Source of the DNA: Lepidodermella squamata
Taxonomy: Eukaryota > Animalia > Gastrotricha
Direction of reading: 5' to 3'
NCBI GenBank assembly: GCA_047495785.1
Contig: JBLDXI010000045.1
Span: 806,001-870,000, forward strand
DNA: 64,000 bases
Of this stretch, positions 14,305 to 28,047 are shown one piece after another. Within the stretch, counting starts at the first letter, position 1. Each line of letters starts with the position of its first letter. The notes below the pieces were generated by a model, which did not search any database, was not told where the DNA came from, and worked only from the letters and a program-made list of their open reading frames with translations. Made by a program: the position numbers and the translations under genes.

Positions 14305-16835
14305 GAAAGTAATAATAACAACAAAAAATAAATAAATACTAATAAAATTCTGCGATGACCGCAGTAAACAAATATTCCAGCCTAGATATTAATACAAATA
14401 AAAACATGAATTTAATTTCGCGGCGCCCATGTCGCAACCGGGGCGGAAAATGCTTCCGAAATGAAAGCTGATAGCTGAATAGGCCATAAAATTTGCATAC
14501 AATTACCAATGTTAGCAGCTAAAGAGCAACTGTTTTTTTTCGTTCAAGGCGTGGCTAAAAAACCGCGACAAGTAGTGGCTAATTAATTCTTTTCGCGTCC
14601 GATTGTTCTTAATGAGACCTGTCACAACGGTCGTATTCATAAAAATCGCCGAGCCGTGGTATTTGAGCGCCCTACGGTTGGGAGTGATGAAGAGCACTTA
14701 ACTCCAGAACTAATAACAGGTTGACTTTTCTACCTCCCCATATCGCAAGTGTATGGCAAGGCGGACAAGAGGAAAACAATATAAAAACACGTGCAAGAGT
14801 TGTGTATGATGGCTAATTAAACCTAATAATAATTTTCTTGGTGGGCATATCTGCTCCCAGAACATTCATAGCGATTGTTAGGCGCCGTCTTTTTGCTGCC
14901 CAGCAAGCGCGTCGTTGCCCCCGCACACGCCAAGGTACATCGCCCATCGCGGCCTGATATTCAGCCAAGTATTAAACCGTAGAAAAACACCGCACAAGCC
15001 TGCTCTAATGGCTACTGATGGCGCTGCGATAAGGTGGCGAAAGGCAAGAACCTGCTAAATTTTGCCTTCTCATTGTTTATTGTTTCTATTGATGCAGACT
15101 ATTATTATCGCCTTCTCGATTCTTAATATCTCATATAATAGAGTGGGTGCTGCATTTTTACCGAAAAAGCAGGTGTGGAGTTACAAGCAAAACATAAAAT
15201 CTGTTATTGTGTTGCCGCAGACAATAGTAGATGGAAAAAATCAGACTCACACACCACACACATATAAAAGGTACCTATCCTCCTTAATGTTTTCAGACAA
15301 AAATGCGATTATTTTTTTATTATATACGCCCGCAGATTTTACGAGGCGACACTAACGGCCGTTTCACTATTAATATGTGTAATTAAACAAACAAAAGATT
15401 AGAAATTATGTAACTGCACTTGCCTGTCCGAATTGATATATTACGTGTCATATAGTATAATGACCAGCGAGTATTTTGTGAGAAAAAACGGCGATATGTA
15501 GTGTGCTCCCCGCAAAAAAAACAGGTAAACCACGAACCCCTTGATTTTTCTGGTTCTAATACACCGGCATTAATGGCAGCAGCACAGTGCAAGGGCCAAA
15601 ACTGCCTATATAAAATTGCACTGATTGTTTCAAGGCCGAGCTGATAAAAGCCACTCAATGCTCAATTGGCTCGTTGTACACCACAATGAAGAGCCACATT
15701 AAATGTTTCTACTCTGAAGAGGTGACTGGAAAGTGTTACTACAAATACCTAAAACATTACGTCGTCCTGATAAGGTTTCGCCACTTATAGGAAGTGTCAA
15801 CGTCTACAAGGTTATCAGCTTTATTAATGAAAGCTTTCTTACTAAAGGTGTACTAAATGCGAAATTGGCACGGAAAGTATGTGTATGAAAGAAAAGAAAA
15901 ATGAGCGAAAATATCTTCCTAAGAAAACAAACAAATTTTGGCTTTATCGATGATTGCAATACATATAATGATCCTTATTTGCACCTGTGGCCAGCAAATT
16001 ATTTTTCAGCCTATTAGACGATATGCAAGGCAAATGGCCCTGCCCTCGGTTCATCATAAAAAAATAGAGCAAACAACCCGCAATTCGAGAAAATATGCCG
16101 CGTTATTCCTTACGAAATTTTTAAAAGTTGGCTAGGAAAAATTCTAAAAAAAGACAATATTTACAGGAAGGTGTTGAAAATGTTGCAGTTTGCGTTTGCC
16201 TGGTGCGGTCTATTAGGCTAAATGCTGCTTTGTACATCATAGCGATATGGGAACTGGGAACATAGAGCAAAGCGTTCTTGCAGTCCTAAATATTTACTGT
16301 TACTTCACGTGTGCTCGTGTGGCGTAGCGGTGTCTTGAGATGATCATCGTCAATAATACCGCTTGTTTAGCTTTATACAGGGTGTGTAAGCAACTTTCGA
16401 TGCTTAGCCGTCGTCGAATATAGCGTCTCGTCGCAGCTACCATCGCTAAATGCCAAATCGGTGTAATAACGTTATTATATAGCCCCTTGTCGGGCCTATT
16501 TTTGAGACGAGTGGCGCCAGCTCAGAATGCCAAGCCGGCGGGATATAAAGGAAATGACGATTCGCGCAGGACAAACAACGGAACGACCGATGATTATAGG
16601 CGCCAAAGCGTGGAGGAACAGCTAAATGACGTGTTTTCGGGGAAAATTTTCAATTTCACGGCCAAGAAGTGGGCATTATTTTAGCGGTCAATCTTACAAC
16701 AGGGATTCGCTCAAGTCTCTCACTTATAGCAATACATCAGATCGAAATTACGAAATACAAAAAATTTTGTGCGTGGGAAAACAAAAAATGCAATATTTGA
16801 TGACATCCTTTGTTTTTTATTTTAATGCGATTATA

Positions 16836-17067
16836 CCGTAGAGCGGTACAATTTTGAACAGGGTACAACTTTGAACATTTTTTCAAAAGTACAATTTTGA
16901 ACGAACGTTTGCATTGAAAAAAATGAAAGTGTTCAAAATTGTACTTTCGTGAATGTGAAGTACAATTTTGAACATTAACGAAATTTTTAATGCAAACGTT
17001 CGTTCAAAATTGTACTTTTGAAAAAATGTTCAACTTTGTACTTGTTCAAAATTGTACCGCTCTACGG
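16836..17067. mobile_element. Palindromic MITE, Tc1/mariner/pogo type (232 bp, TA target-site duplication)
   Basis: TA|CCGTAGAGCGGTACAATTTTGAAC ... GTTCAAAATTGTACCGCTCTACGG|TA; inverted arms of about 80 bp built from repeated GTACAATTTTGAAC units. Confidence 0.9.
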
Positions 17068-17538
17068 TACAAGGCGAAAATAAGAAATAATTTACTGAAA
17101 AAACACGGATCAAATTATAGCCCGTGGATCATTCAATTTGTAACGATTCACGAAGTGTTCGGATAATGCCGGTCCGGATGCTTATTATTTATGCGGTTTC
17201 AACGATAGGCTCCAGTGCGTTATCTGCTGGCGAGGAGTAATTTTTTACCGATCAAACGCATTTTTTTGGCTCCACAACGAGTATCGGCTCATTTTCGGCC
17301 GGTTGTTCGCCACATTATTACAACTCGTGTATAGCGAAGGAAAAAACTCTTCCGGAAATCTGCCAGAATTTATGCAAATTGACTCCGGAAACTGGTCTAA
17401 TTTTACCAAGGTATTTTTCTCTCTGTAACTGATAAAATTGTTGGCTGTAAAGACTTGTTCCGAAGCATATCAGGAGGCTAGTCGATTACGTTAGATTTGG
17501 AAACATCCATTTGCATGCATCTTGCACATTTATTTGAT

Positions 17539-19132
17539 TCAGATCAAAGCTTGGTCAGCTTTTTCTTTGAGAAAAATCACGATTATCAGTTTAATACATG
17601 TAATGAGGACAAAAATTATAACAAGAGTGGATATTACAGTTTCCAGCATTGTAATGAAAGGCTGCGAGGATTCAGTTATTCCCTTCCGGCAATGGCCACT
17701 TTTCATCCACCAACCATCAATGTCATCGTAAACTTTGGCGTAAAGACTAGGATTATGCTTAGCCGCTAAGGCTCGTGAGCACAAATCGCAGAAATTGTTC
17801 GCCAACATAGAATGGTCCCAATAGTGGTGGACGTCGTAGTAAGATTTCCACCAGAAATACGACTCGAAAAGCGTTTGATTAGCAGCAACAAGTGAAAGAT
17901 AACTCGCCAGATGCTTCGGCGAGTCAAAATCTGCAGCGTCGATGTAAGAATGAGGCGGGGCGAATTTAGACATATTAACCCCGTTGTAAACAACCGGTAT
18001 AAGGTCCAGTCCCGCGGCTCGGTAGAATTTCTCCGTCAAATAATCTTCGCACAACGAATTTTCGAAAGCCAAGTAAAATTTGTAATGAAAGCTGATAAAT
18101 GACAAACAAGCCGGCGGAGATTCTTTCCACTCCCCATTTTTGCATATCCCTTCGGATAATTTACTGCCGCTGTGGCTAGAACATCCGCCGATCACCTCGA
18201 CATCGGTATGTTTTTGCAGCTCATAGATGTAAGTTAATCGATTCGAAACACTGACACAATTGGAAATCATTGCAACAGCGGTGCCTAGCTTTGAGGAAAG
18301 TTTAGGCTTGTTCGATTGTCCGACGATTGAGCGAGGTAGAAAAACGCCGTAATTCAAAGCGATGTCTGAATCTAGTCTGAAATAAAATTCATTCGAAATC
18401 GATTTCACATTAAATCTCATAGCTAACCGATAAGTCATTGTCCAATTGAAGAACCCTCTGAAGTCTGTTTTGAGGTATGGAACTGATAACTTGGATAGCT
18501 TGGGCCTCCAGCTGTAAGTATGCTCAGGCGATTCGGCTAGGGTGAATACCCAAAATTGATTTTGAGATCGGAATTTTGGTCTATCGGTAAAATTGAAGTC
18601 ATCACGAAAATGAACTAAAACAGCCGTTGCTTCATCCAGTTGAGATCGATTCGACGTAACGTAGCAGTTGGTCACCGGGCATTTAGCACGACTATACGGT
18701 TCCTTGCCGATCGCAACATTAGCTGGCAAACCCCACGTTGCTTCATTGTGGAATTTTGTCCATAGAAGAATCAAAACTCGGTCGTTGGTGTGATCATTTG
18801 TAATGTTGATATCGGGCTGAATAAGAGGGTAAGCAATCGTATTACCTCCTTGCCTTCGAGACCAATCAATATGATCCTCAGGTCTACAAATCAAAAATAG
18901 AAATTCAATAATATACTTACCACAGCGATAAAGATTTTAAATACCTGTCCAGCATGGTTTCATTGTAGATTTCAACTGATTCATCTGTGGGGTAGCTTGA
19001 AATAGTCGCCATCCGCCATATGACAGCTAATAAGATTTGCGATGCAAATAAAATCAGTAGCGACTTGAGCCTGAGACAAGGGCTGATGGCTAGCTCTAGC
19101 CGTCGAAAATAGCTGCGGCGGAATATTGACAT
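17539..19132 (-). CDS. Alpha-1,3/4-fucosyltransferase (GT10) paralogue 1
   Basis: N-terminal TM; ILLWT, CPVTNCYVT, ESPEH, FNWTMTYR|LDSDI and canonical YKFYLAFENSLCEDYLTEKFY motifs. Introns: 18944-18884 and an in-frame 51-nt intron within TYR|LDS. Confidence 0.95.
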
Positions 19133-20425
19133 GATATTTCATTCGTTGCAACCATGGTAAAACAGCTGCTTCATTGACCAGTCAACAATTTTATAGCTAA
19201 GCATTTACAGTAGGTATTATGATAAATTCAAAAATAATAATATCAGCGATGAGTATTTATGAAAATGATAGTGCATGGCTGTGATAAATCGAGTTTGCTG
19301 TGATCGAGTTTGCTGTGATCGAGTTTCTGCTCTATTAGCTATATATCATTTCTCCTCGCTATACATCAAGTGCTAATCGGTGATTATTAATCCTTGCGTA
19401 TCCAGGCAATAATAATACTGACTCACTATGCCTAGGTCGGCAGAACAGGGATCAGCATGACTAAAATGTGTCGCTTGTGATTTATACTAATCACGTATAC
19501 TTACATATACTTATTGATCAATGAGCGGAAATAAGTCAGCCCCGCCAGAAGTTTCACGACGCGTCTATTAAAAAAAAGATCAACAAATAGAGCAATATAG
19601 CAATAGCACGAAGGGACCTCGTTGTCTTAAGCTTCCGATAAATAAAAGTTTAATGCTCTCGGCTTTAACCACGTTAAAACGAATTAATAACTGTCGATTA
19701 GACATCATCGTAGCAATTACACCTGGATAAATTTGTCAATGAAGACAAAATACAGCTAAAACTTTAGAAAAATGCAAGAAGCCTACAACTTTTATGAGAC
19801 AATGACCTCTTACTATAATACGACTCTAGTATAAGATGCTACTGGTCACGAAAGGGTGAATTTACGTTCACGAGGGATATTTTGTAAGCCCCTTCATTCA
19901 CAACGCGTAGTATATGTGTGAAAGAGTTTATTCAGTAAGGATATTGACACGCGCAATATATACTTACGTTTAAACATTTCGTGCTAGACAACACTGAACA
20001 AATAATATATACAAGAGGCCGACGTGGCTATCGTCATGGATATATAACACCGGAAGCAATATCTAAAACCGCAATTAAATTTCTGGCTCGCTGTACCTAT
20101 TCACCTTCAGCATTATCATCACCTTCAGCAATATTTCGCGGCAAGGGCTATGATGCTATTGGGCATTTTTAGAAAAATTGGAAAATACACGAGATATACG
20201 CGAAAGAATATTTAAGCGCTTCTACATTATAAGCGGCGTGAAAAAGGCATAAAATGTCGCTATATAATAAAATGTGGTTCGTTCTCTCGAGCCAAGCGGT
20301 AAAACGTTTTATTATGAAAATCATTTTATTATAGTCATATCACTCATATCATATAATTAATTATAACTGACTAGCAGGTATTTTTTTACAGCAAGATGAT
20401 GATTTCGTGTCACAATTTAATTTAA

Positions 20426-22606
20426 TTAGTTCCAAGCATCGTCATCAAAAGCGAAATTCGGAATACCAGGGGTAGTAGTCGTAGTAGTCTGCTTTTGCTC
20501 GACAAACGGATAATTACCGTAAAAATGTGCATTACTACTGGTTGTTGCGCCTACTCCTCGACCCACATTTTCGAGCATTTGAATGTCATGAAACGCATCC
20601 ATGGTTGAAAGGGACGCCGACGAGGGCGATACAGGTATGTGGGGAACGTTGAATGATACCGCTGGCATTGGGTCGCTAACTGTCATTCGCGGCGGCGGGC
20701 TTACGTGATTCGAGTTGTGGGAGAACTTCATCCGATCTTTGCACCTGAATAAATTTCAAGGGAGTAAGAATGATACGAAGCCTCTGAATTTCTCCGATAC
20801 CTGCCGGCGGCTTTCTTGATCAATAGAGAAAACTTGTAAAGTAGACATATCGTTAAATCGACGAAAAGTTGCAAATATTCGAATACAGTTATAACAGTAA
20901 TGCCTGATGGATTTAAAATATCGTTTTACAAGTATCGTGAAGAGCGTAAAATCACCGATGAAAAGTGACGCGATACCACCGAGATAAGCAATGATGTCGA
21001 CGATTCCGAACACCTCCTCTTCGACTCGGCTCTGATTTTAAGACGATTAATTAGATTGAAATTAAAATTATGAAAAAATACGTGAACGACGAGCGATTTA
21101 TAGAAAATTGAAACTTTCGCATAGTTCCTGCTCAGCATTGCTTCAGACGAAGTGATAGCACTTGAATCGGGACCAAGCGTTGCGCAAGCCGCGAGTTCTT
21201 TCAGGTGACTCGATTCGCTGTCTAATCGAGACTCGCTCGTGCAACTTACATCCAGCTTTTTTGACCGTTTTCGCAAAGTTTCCAAGAAATTTTCGCACAG
21301 CCTTCTCTAGATTTGGATATTTAACCTTGAAATTAGCCAAGATGACAATCAAAGGTAATCACCAAAACTGGGCGAGTTGGATTCGGCCATTTGAGCATTG
21401 AGGTTGCAGTGTCGTAGAAATACCGACTGAAAGCAGAATTCAGCATTCAATTTGTGCAAAAGTTGAATTGTCTCACGTGCAAGGCTCTCTACAAAGATTG
21501 CATGAATCTCCTGAACAGCGATCGATACAAGACTGCCAACATTTCAAATCAACGTAAAGCAACCTGTCAAACGCAAAACATACCTGGAACTCGGAGGATG
21601 AATCATCATCTGTGCAACTGTTGTAAATTGCTTGATACAATTTGTGATCGATGGCTCCAAGTTTCTTTACCGAATGCTGAAAAATGTATTAAAAAATTTC
21701 TTCCTGTAAAACATGATGTGCGGTAATCTTCACCTTCTCCACGGCAATATTTGTCATCGTTCCAGGTTGTAATAAAATGCCATTAAGTAGCGGCCAGGGG
21801 GATTGACCCTGATTATGAACGAATATGCGCCAACCTACAGACTCGGTTGAGTCAAGGTAAAATTCTGCATCTGTCCTAAGAATTAAGGAGAGGCCTCCAT
21901 TTTCACCGGGTTTGCTCGACACCTTTTTTGAGTTCGAATTAAAGGTGTAACAATTGCCAAATTTTGAATTCCATTGATAGAAAGCAAAATCGCTGGAAAA
22001 TATTCTTTAAAATAGGCGGGTGAATTCTTGAACCATAGCTTTTACCCGTTGATTAATTGGCAAGGTTTCGAATCGAAGCGGCATGATACGATGAGGTCAC
22101 ACAGAAAATGACCAGCTCTGTAATGGTCATTACCTTTGACGAGTTTCGGCAGCACATTAGCTGTTTCGAGGTCTTCGATTGACAACGACGCGTTTAAGCC
22201 GCTGGCTTGCAGCCAAGAACTAGTCACCAGGTTGTTGCTGCATAAAGTCACTGCAGGGAAAACCGAGTTTTCTACTTCAGCCGATCGATGACTCGTAAAT
22301 GTTTGACGCTTCAACAATTTCGAGACAAATAGGATCATGGAATAGACGAAACCAGCACAGCATATTCCGAAAATCATAAGCCATAGGAATTTTTTCAGGA
22401 ATCCTGTAAAACGGTATAGGAACCACAGAACCTTCAATATACTTCAAAATGTAACCAGGTTGTTTGGCGATCTGTGGAATGCCGTGAACTGTTGTTTCTC
22501 GAAAATGTGAATACAAATACCGCCTGAGTCTAGGCCGTTTCAAAGCTTCCGGTTCGTCGAACTGCTCGGCAGAATTTGTATAAAGGCGGTACACGAACCA
22601 AACCAT
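20426..22606 (-). CDS. DEG/ENaC (ASIC/degenerin family) ion channel subunit, about 10 exons
   Basis: Pre-TM1 TTVHG motif, TM1, FPAVTLCSNN, GNCYTFNS, GLSLIL, GWRIFVH, Cys-rich thumb, NYAKVSIFY, TM2 YLGGIASLFIG|ITVITVFEYL. All junctions are GT-AG and in frame. A small extra first exon (ATG 22672) is possible. Confidence 0.93.
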
Positions 22607-23039
22607 GGCATTCGGGATTCAGCAAACGCGTAATTTTCAAGAAAATGCACTCACGCATGAAACATCTTTCATCACTCAACTGCATGATGGTTTACTTTTC
22701 ATTAAAAAACTGTCGAAGTGTACTTCAACTCGAATTGCGCAATTCATCGATTTACAAATAAATTAAAAAAAAGTTCAATTAGTTGAAGTGCAAATCGAGA
22801 ATTATGAATTTCTGAATAAAATCAGGTTGTTCACTACGATCCAACAGGTGCACTGAAGTTGATCTCTCGTTCCCCGAACCCTCAAAGTTAAAGGCCTGCA
22901 GACCTTGGCGGACTTAGAACAAAGCATTTTCATTTGGTCATTTCATTTTGCCATTGGGTCAACTAGGTAAACTAAGAAACATCATTTTAACGCGAAAAAT
23001 GAATGTTCGCTGTTATACTGCGCTACCAGGACCCTAAAT

Positions 23040-23720
23040 GCGTACCATAAATAAACCTGGGGCCGCACTGGCCACCAACTCGTCACAATGCTTTTGGCCA
23101 TATGCCGTGGGCCGCAATAATCCCATTTTAGCTAGCGCATCATGTGTAATGCCAATGAGCAAGGGAGAATCGTAAACTGAGAAGCTGTAGCGCTGGCCAG
23201 GAACCTGTGTAGTAGATCTGTGTAGCAATAGATTAGGTATGTACGATCGCCACGTAAGCTTGGGATTTTTCGCTTTCCAACGGCAGGCCTCCAGAACAGG
23301 ACAATTTTGAGGATCCTCGTCTTATCTGGCATTCGCAAAAGGTGCCCTAACCAACGGAGACGTCGCCCCTTGACAACAGCCGACTTCGCTGTTTGTTATT
23401 CGGTGATAGAGCTCTTCGTTCGATATGAAGTTTGACCAGAAGATTCCGACTATGCACCAATGGCATTTTGTGTGAAAGCTGTCGATCGTCCGCCTCAGTC
23501 CAGGACCATTCAGCATCGTATCCGGCACCCATTTCGCACCTGTTCGGAACCTATTACGCCCCCATTCCGCACCATTTCGCATCGAGGTGAGGAACAGAAT
23601 TGGATTGTCCGCAAAAAAGGTCTGTCCGAAAAAGCGATCGTGGATATTACAGCATTGTCTCTGCAGCCGAAAAGCAAATTTTACCTGAGTCTGTCGCAAA
23701 ACTTTCTCCTTCGAATATCA
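23040..23720 (+). pseudogene. Relic duplicate of the upstream region and first exon of fucosyltransferase paralogue 2, interrupted by a LINE fragment
   Basis: 23040-23220 matches 24020-24210 (ataaata.acctggggccgc...gccgtgggccgcaataat). 23630-23720 matches 24355-24440 (tggatattaca...gccgaaaagcaaatt.tacctgagtct). Confidence 0.75.
23240..23535 (-). mobile_element. Degenerate 3' fragment of an RTE-clade non-LTR retrotransposon ORF
   Basis: Frameshifted translation DSFHTKC..IVGIFWSNFISNEELY / RRLRWLGHLLRM..ILKIVLFWRPAVGKRK..PKLTW, typical of the RTE post-RT region. Confidence 0.85.
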
Positions 23721-24266
23721 TGAACAAGAACAAATAAAAAAGGACAAAATGGCGAAGTCATATCTGCAACAAATGTCCCTATAGCGCGTAGCCCAATAAT
23801 GATGCGTAACCGGTCGAAATAGCCTGCACCATTCGATCCGCCGGCATTGACTGCCCTAAATTAGGCGACATTTTTCACTGAAATTTTCGGAAATAAAGCT
23901 GTTTTTTTCGATTTATCTCAAAATAAAATCTCTTGGACATTTGAGTTTTACCCTCACAACGGCGAAATGACAAACAACAGTCATGGTGCACGAAAAAGAG
24001 TTTAAAAGTGAATGTGCCAGGGCGCTATAAATACACCTGGGGCCGCGCACTGGCAACTAACTCGTCACGCTAATTCGGTGCTTTATTGGTCAAATGCCGT
24101 GGGCCGCAATAATGCCGTTTTAGCTCTTTAGCGCATCTTGTTTATAACAACCAGCGTTGGAGAAAGGTGAAGCTGAGCAACATTAGAGTTTTGGCTAGGA
24201 GCCTGTACGTAGTATAACGCCCACTAATTAAAGACTTCGCCGGTGGAATAGAAATAAATCGAATGC

Positions 24267-25896
24267 ATGCGAGACATGAGGCTTAGATTTAGAGCTTTCC
24301 TGTATCTAATTCTTTCCAGCGTGTTGGTTTCGTTTTTTCATTCAAGTTCTGTCAGCAATAGCGACCATGGATATTACATCAGTGCCGAAAAGCAAATTGT
24401 ACCTGAGTCTTTCGCAAAATTGTTCTCCTTCGAGTATCTGTTCACTCGCAATGGTCCAAACTCGATGTAAAAGGATAACATTCTACCAAATTTTGTTATT
24501 CAGTCTTACTTTTCTCGTAAAAAGGCTACCTCTTCAATACCCACCAACTGAGTTCATGAATTTGAACAAAATGCGTGAAATCAACGAGCAGTATCAAAAT
24601 ACCTTTAATTATAGCACCGTAATTCTACTATGGACTAGCCTTTTCGGCCGCGGGGATTGGGGGCTTGGCGAAATGGGGAACGCTCCATTTCAAAAACTGA
24701 AGTGCCCGGTCTATAATTGCTACGTCACACGCGATCGCGATTACTTGCCGCTGGCTTCGACGGTGGTCTTCAATTTTCGCGATGACTTCAATCCAAAGTA
24801 TGAACAATGTCCACCATCGGCAAAAATTAGACTGTATTTTCTTTCAATTCAGGATTATCCCAAAACATCGAACCCGGCACCAGCGCTACGTTTTCTTCCT
24901 TTGGGAATCGCCAGAGCATACGTACAACTACGGATGGCAATACAGCATGACTAAAGCTCGGCAATTTTTGAAAAATTTAAATGGCTTTTTCAACTGGACA
25001 ATGACTAGTCGGTTCGATTTGCGAACAATTTTTCCCATAGCAATCCGTAATTTCTGTTATAACAAAGTCTAGACTCGGATATTCCTTTCTTGTACGGAAA
25101 GTTTGTTCGAAAGCCGCAGCCTAATCAAAACGAGCCGGCAATTGATAGGCTGTCTTCTAGAAAGAAGAATTTGATTTGGATGCAAACCAACTGCAACACC
25201 CGTTCGCATCGCGATATCTTTGTCAAAGAGCTGCAAAAATACATAGATTTTGATATTGTCGGTGGCTGTCCGGGTTTAGACTCGAATCGCAACCTAACGG
25301 AGGGCTTTTGTAAACGTCAGGATCCTTTCACGCCAATGACCAGTGAATGCCTCGACTACATCAGATCGAATTACCGGTTCATGTTGGCCACGGAGAATTC
25401 ACTATGTCGTGACTACGTTACCGAGAAATTCTATCGAGCTACAACAACCTTGGAAGTAGTGCCAGTTGTCTACAACGGTGCCAACATGAGCCTGTTTGGT
25501 CCTCCAGGATCCTACATCGACACAATGGACTTCGCTACACCAGAAGAGCTAGCAAATGAGCTGAAAAAGGTAATTAAGATCCCAAAATTGACTGCCAACG
25601 TGACAATATTGCTTTTGTAGATTGCGAATGACACGGACAGATACAACTCGTATTTTTCTTGGAAAGATCAATATACTGCCCATAATCTCTGGGACAGTGA
25701 CGCTTTCACTCAGAATTTTTGCGATCTGTGCGCTAAAGTTAACATGGCTGAATTGGATCCGAAAAGACATGCAAAGATCTATCATAACATCGACGACTGG
25801 TGGACAAAGGGAGGATCATGCTATGAAGGAAGAACTAATTACACCCTCAATGTAACTGAAGACCGGAATAGATCTTCGCTTGGCTATAACATTTAA
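24267..25896 (+). CDS. Alpha-1,3/4-fucosyltransferase (GT10) paralogue 2, 5 coding exons
   Basis: N-terminal TM, ILLWT, CPVYNCYVT, WESPEH, FNWTMTSR|LDSDI, YRFMLATENSLCRDYVTEKFY, FCDLC; four GT-AG introns restore the frame. Confidence 0.93.
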
Positions 25897-28047
25897 TCAA
25901 TTTTTCACAAATTTTACCAAATAAATGAAATCGCGTGATGAAATCATGTTGTATGCCTTTACCCTTCAAGGGATTGAAGACAGCGAGAGATCAACTTCAT
26001 CGTCTGACTGCTAAACAACCTGCTGCTATTCATCAGAAGAATCCGAAAACTGATTATTTACGGCAACCTTATCAATTTTGCATAAAAACTTTCAGACGTT
26101 GAAATGAGATGTGCATCGACGCCAAATGCTTCAAGTGCTGCCCAGAACTTGACGCGGTCAATAAAATCACAGGCCACTTCTAGCACAATGAGCACTCTGG
26201 ATGCATTCACTAATTGCACACTATTTTGAATTTATATTCATCAGCATGCAACAAAGCTACACTATATGAATAAATATGTCGGCGCTGTGCGTCTTTTCAC
26301 GAACAACTTGCTATTTTGTACCTTTCCAAGGTTCTTTGAAACGTTGGCGCTTTCATTTTTAAACTCATAGCTGCTTCAAACTAACGAGTATCACAGCGAA
26401 ATTGCAGAAAGGAGTGGCAAAAATAATGAACAAAGACCAAAACTATACGCTCTAAGACACTGCAGGAATGGACCACTATCTTTCACTGGAGATAATTTTC
26501 CAGGTCGTAGTTTGTGAAACTTCAAATAGAAAAAATTGTTGACAGTATAATATTAAACATTACGCCGTCACATAGTTGATCATAATGACGTAGCCTGCCC
26601 ACTTTTGTTCAGCTATAAGGTATTACTCTTGTTCGTGCGCACCACTATATCAGCTTATATTTGTGATGCTGAAAAATTTAGGTGAGCAGGGAAGCAAAAC
26701 TTCGCAAACAAACGTTCTTTTACTCGTCTGGTTTTGAGAAAAAATCTCGTATTACTGGGCATGAAGTGTTTGGCTCGCCCTTTTCACTCATATAGATACT
26801 TGATTGTTATTATATCTTGTTCGCCAAAAATTGCCAATAAAACTCAATCCATTGCGAAAACAAAAGAACACCGGCTGCGTCGATGGATTTTGGCGCAAAA
26901 ATATCACAAAAGAACGATCGCCAAGATTCAAGCGGCAAGTAATAACTAGAGCAGATAGGAAACGCAATAATCACGCCTGCCCCATCCTTATTACAAATCC
27001 AGAATAACGTATCCTTTATATTCGGCTTCTATTGCTAAATCTGTTCATTAATTACACTCCTTGATTGTTGAATTTCGCATACATTACTATGCTTTTTCGC
27101 GCAATTGCGCTCCACCTGTCCGACGCATAAAACTTGATGCGAAATGATGATGTACCTAGAGGCGACCAGCCGGGTCATATTAATTTGCTTTCAAGGTTGA
27201 AGCTACCCTTAACTTTGTAGTTATTTTAAGGTTTAAGGTACACTTGGCTTTGTATCTATGACCCAAGAACGATGTTATCTATATTGTTGACCTTCAATAA
27301 TGCTTTGACACGTTTTATTAGCCGCTTTTTTGCGCGCGCGCGCTTCTGTCGGTGCAATAATCGCTAAAAAAGGCACGCGGTGGGCCCGAAAATATCTACA
27401 AAGCAAAAATGTTTTCGGCTATAAGAGTAACCAAATGCTAGGGTTCTCGGCTAGTATTTAAAAAATGTGGTTTGGTTAGCTAGTTTGAAAATTTTATTAT
27501 CATTTCCCTTGGCGGTGTAGAAACTTGGATTTGACTGTGTCGACGTCCGTGTAGATGGCAGCTAGTAAGAGCGAGGAATTTGCGTTTTTTTAACGTGAAT
27601 TAATAACCAAAAGGTACAATAACTTTTTCACTTGTCACCCGTACCTTAAAACCAACGTATAAACAAGCTTTAATCCGAGCTTTTCAACAACGCCATGGAC
27701 GTTTTGCACATATGGGCAGAATTCTCACATTTTTTAGTTATAAAAGCGCATGAATGACCGGTGTAATAATAGCATTTTATAGCGACACGCTGCACTATAA
27801 CACGAAGAAAAAGTATAGCCAGAGGACAGACAGTCTGCACAGCATCGCGCGATCATCAACATAAACATCATTAATATACAGTCATGTAGTGACGCGCTCA
27901 GCGGGCACAGGTGTCTGCTATTTGCTTCCAATTCGCGCTTCCTCGCTGCACAGTCGATAGGTACCTATACTAGAGTCAACATGAAAAAATGCATTGTTAA
28001 TTTTAGAAAATTAAACTTGATCAAATGAGACCGAATATCGTTCCTTA

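Noticed and set aside
18884-18921. Selenocysteine or stop-codon recoding at the FucT1 exon junction
   Set aside because: An upstream GT donor gives an open frame with an intron of typical length, so no recoding is needed.
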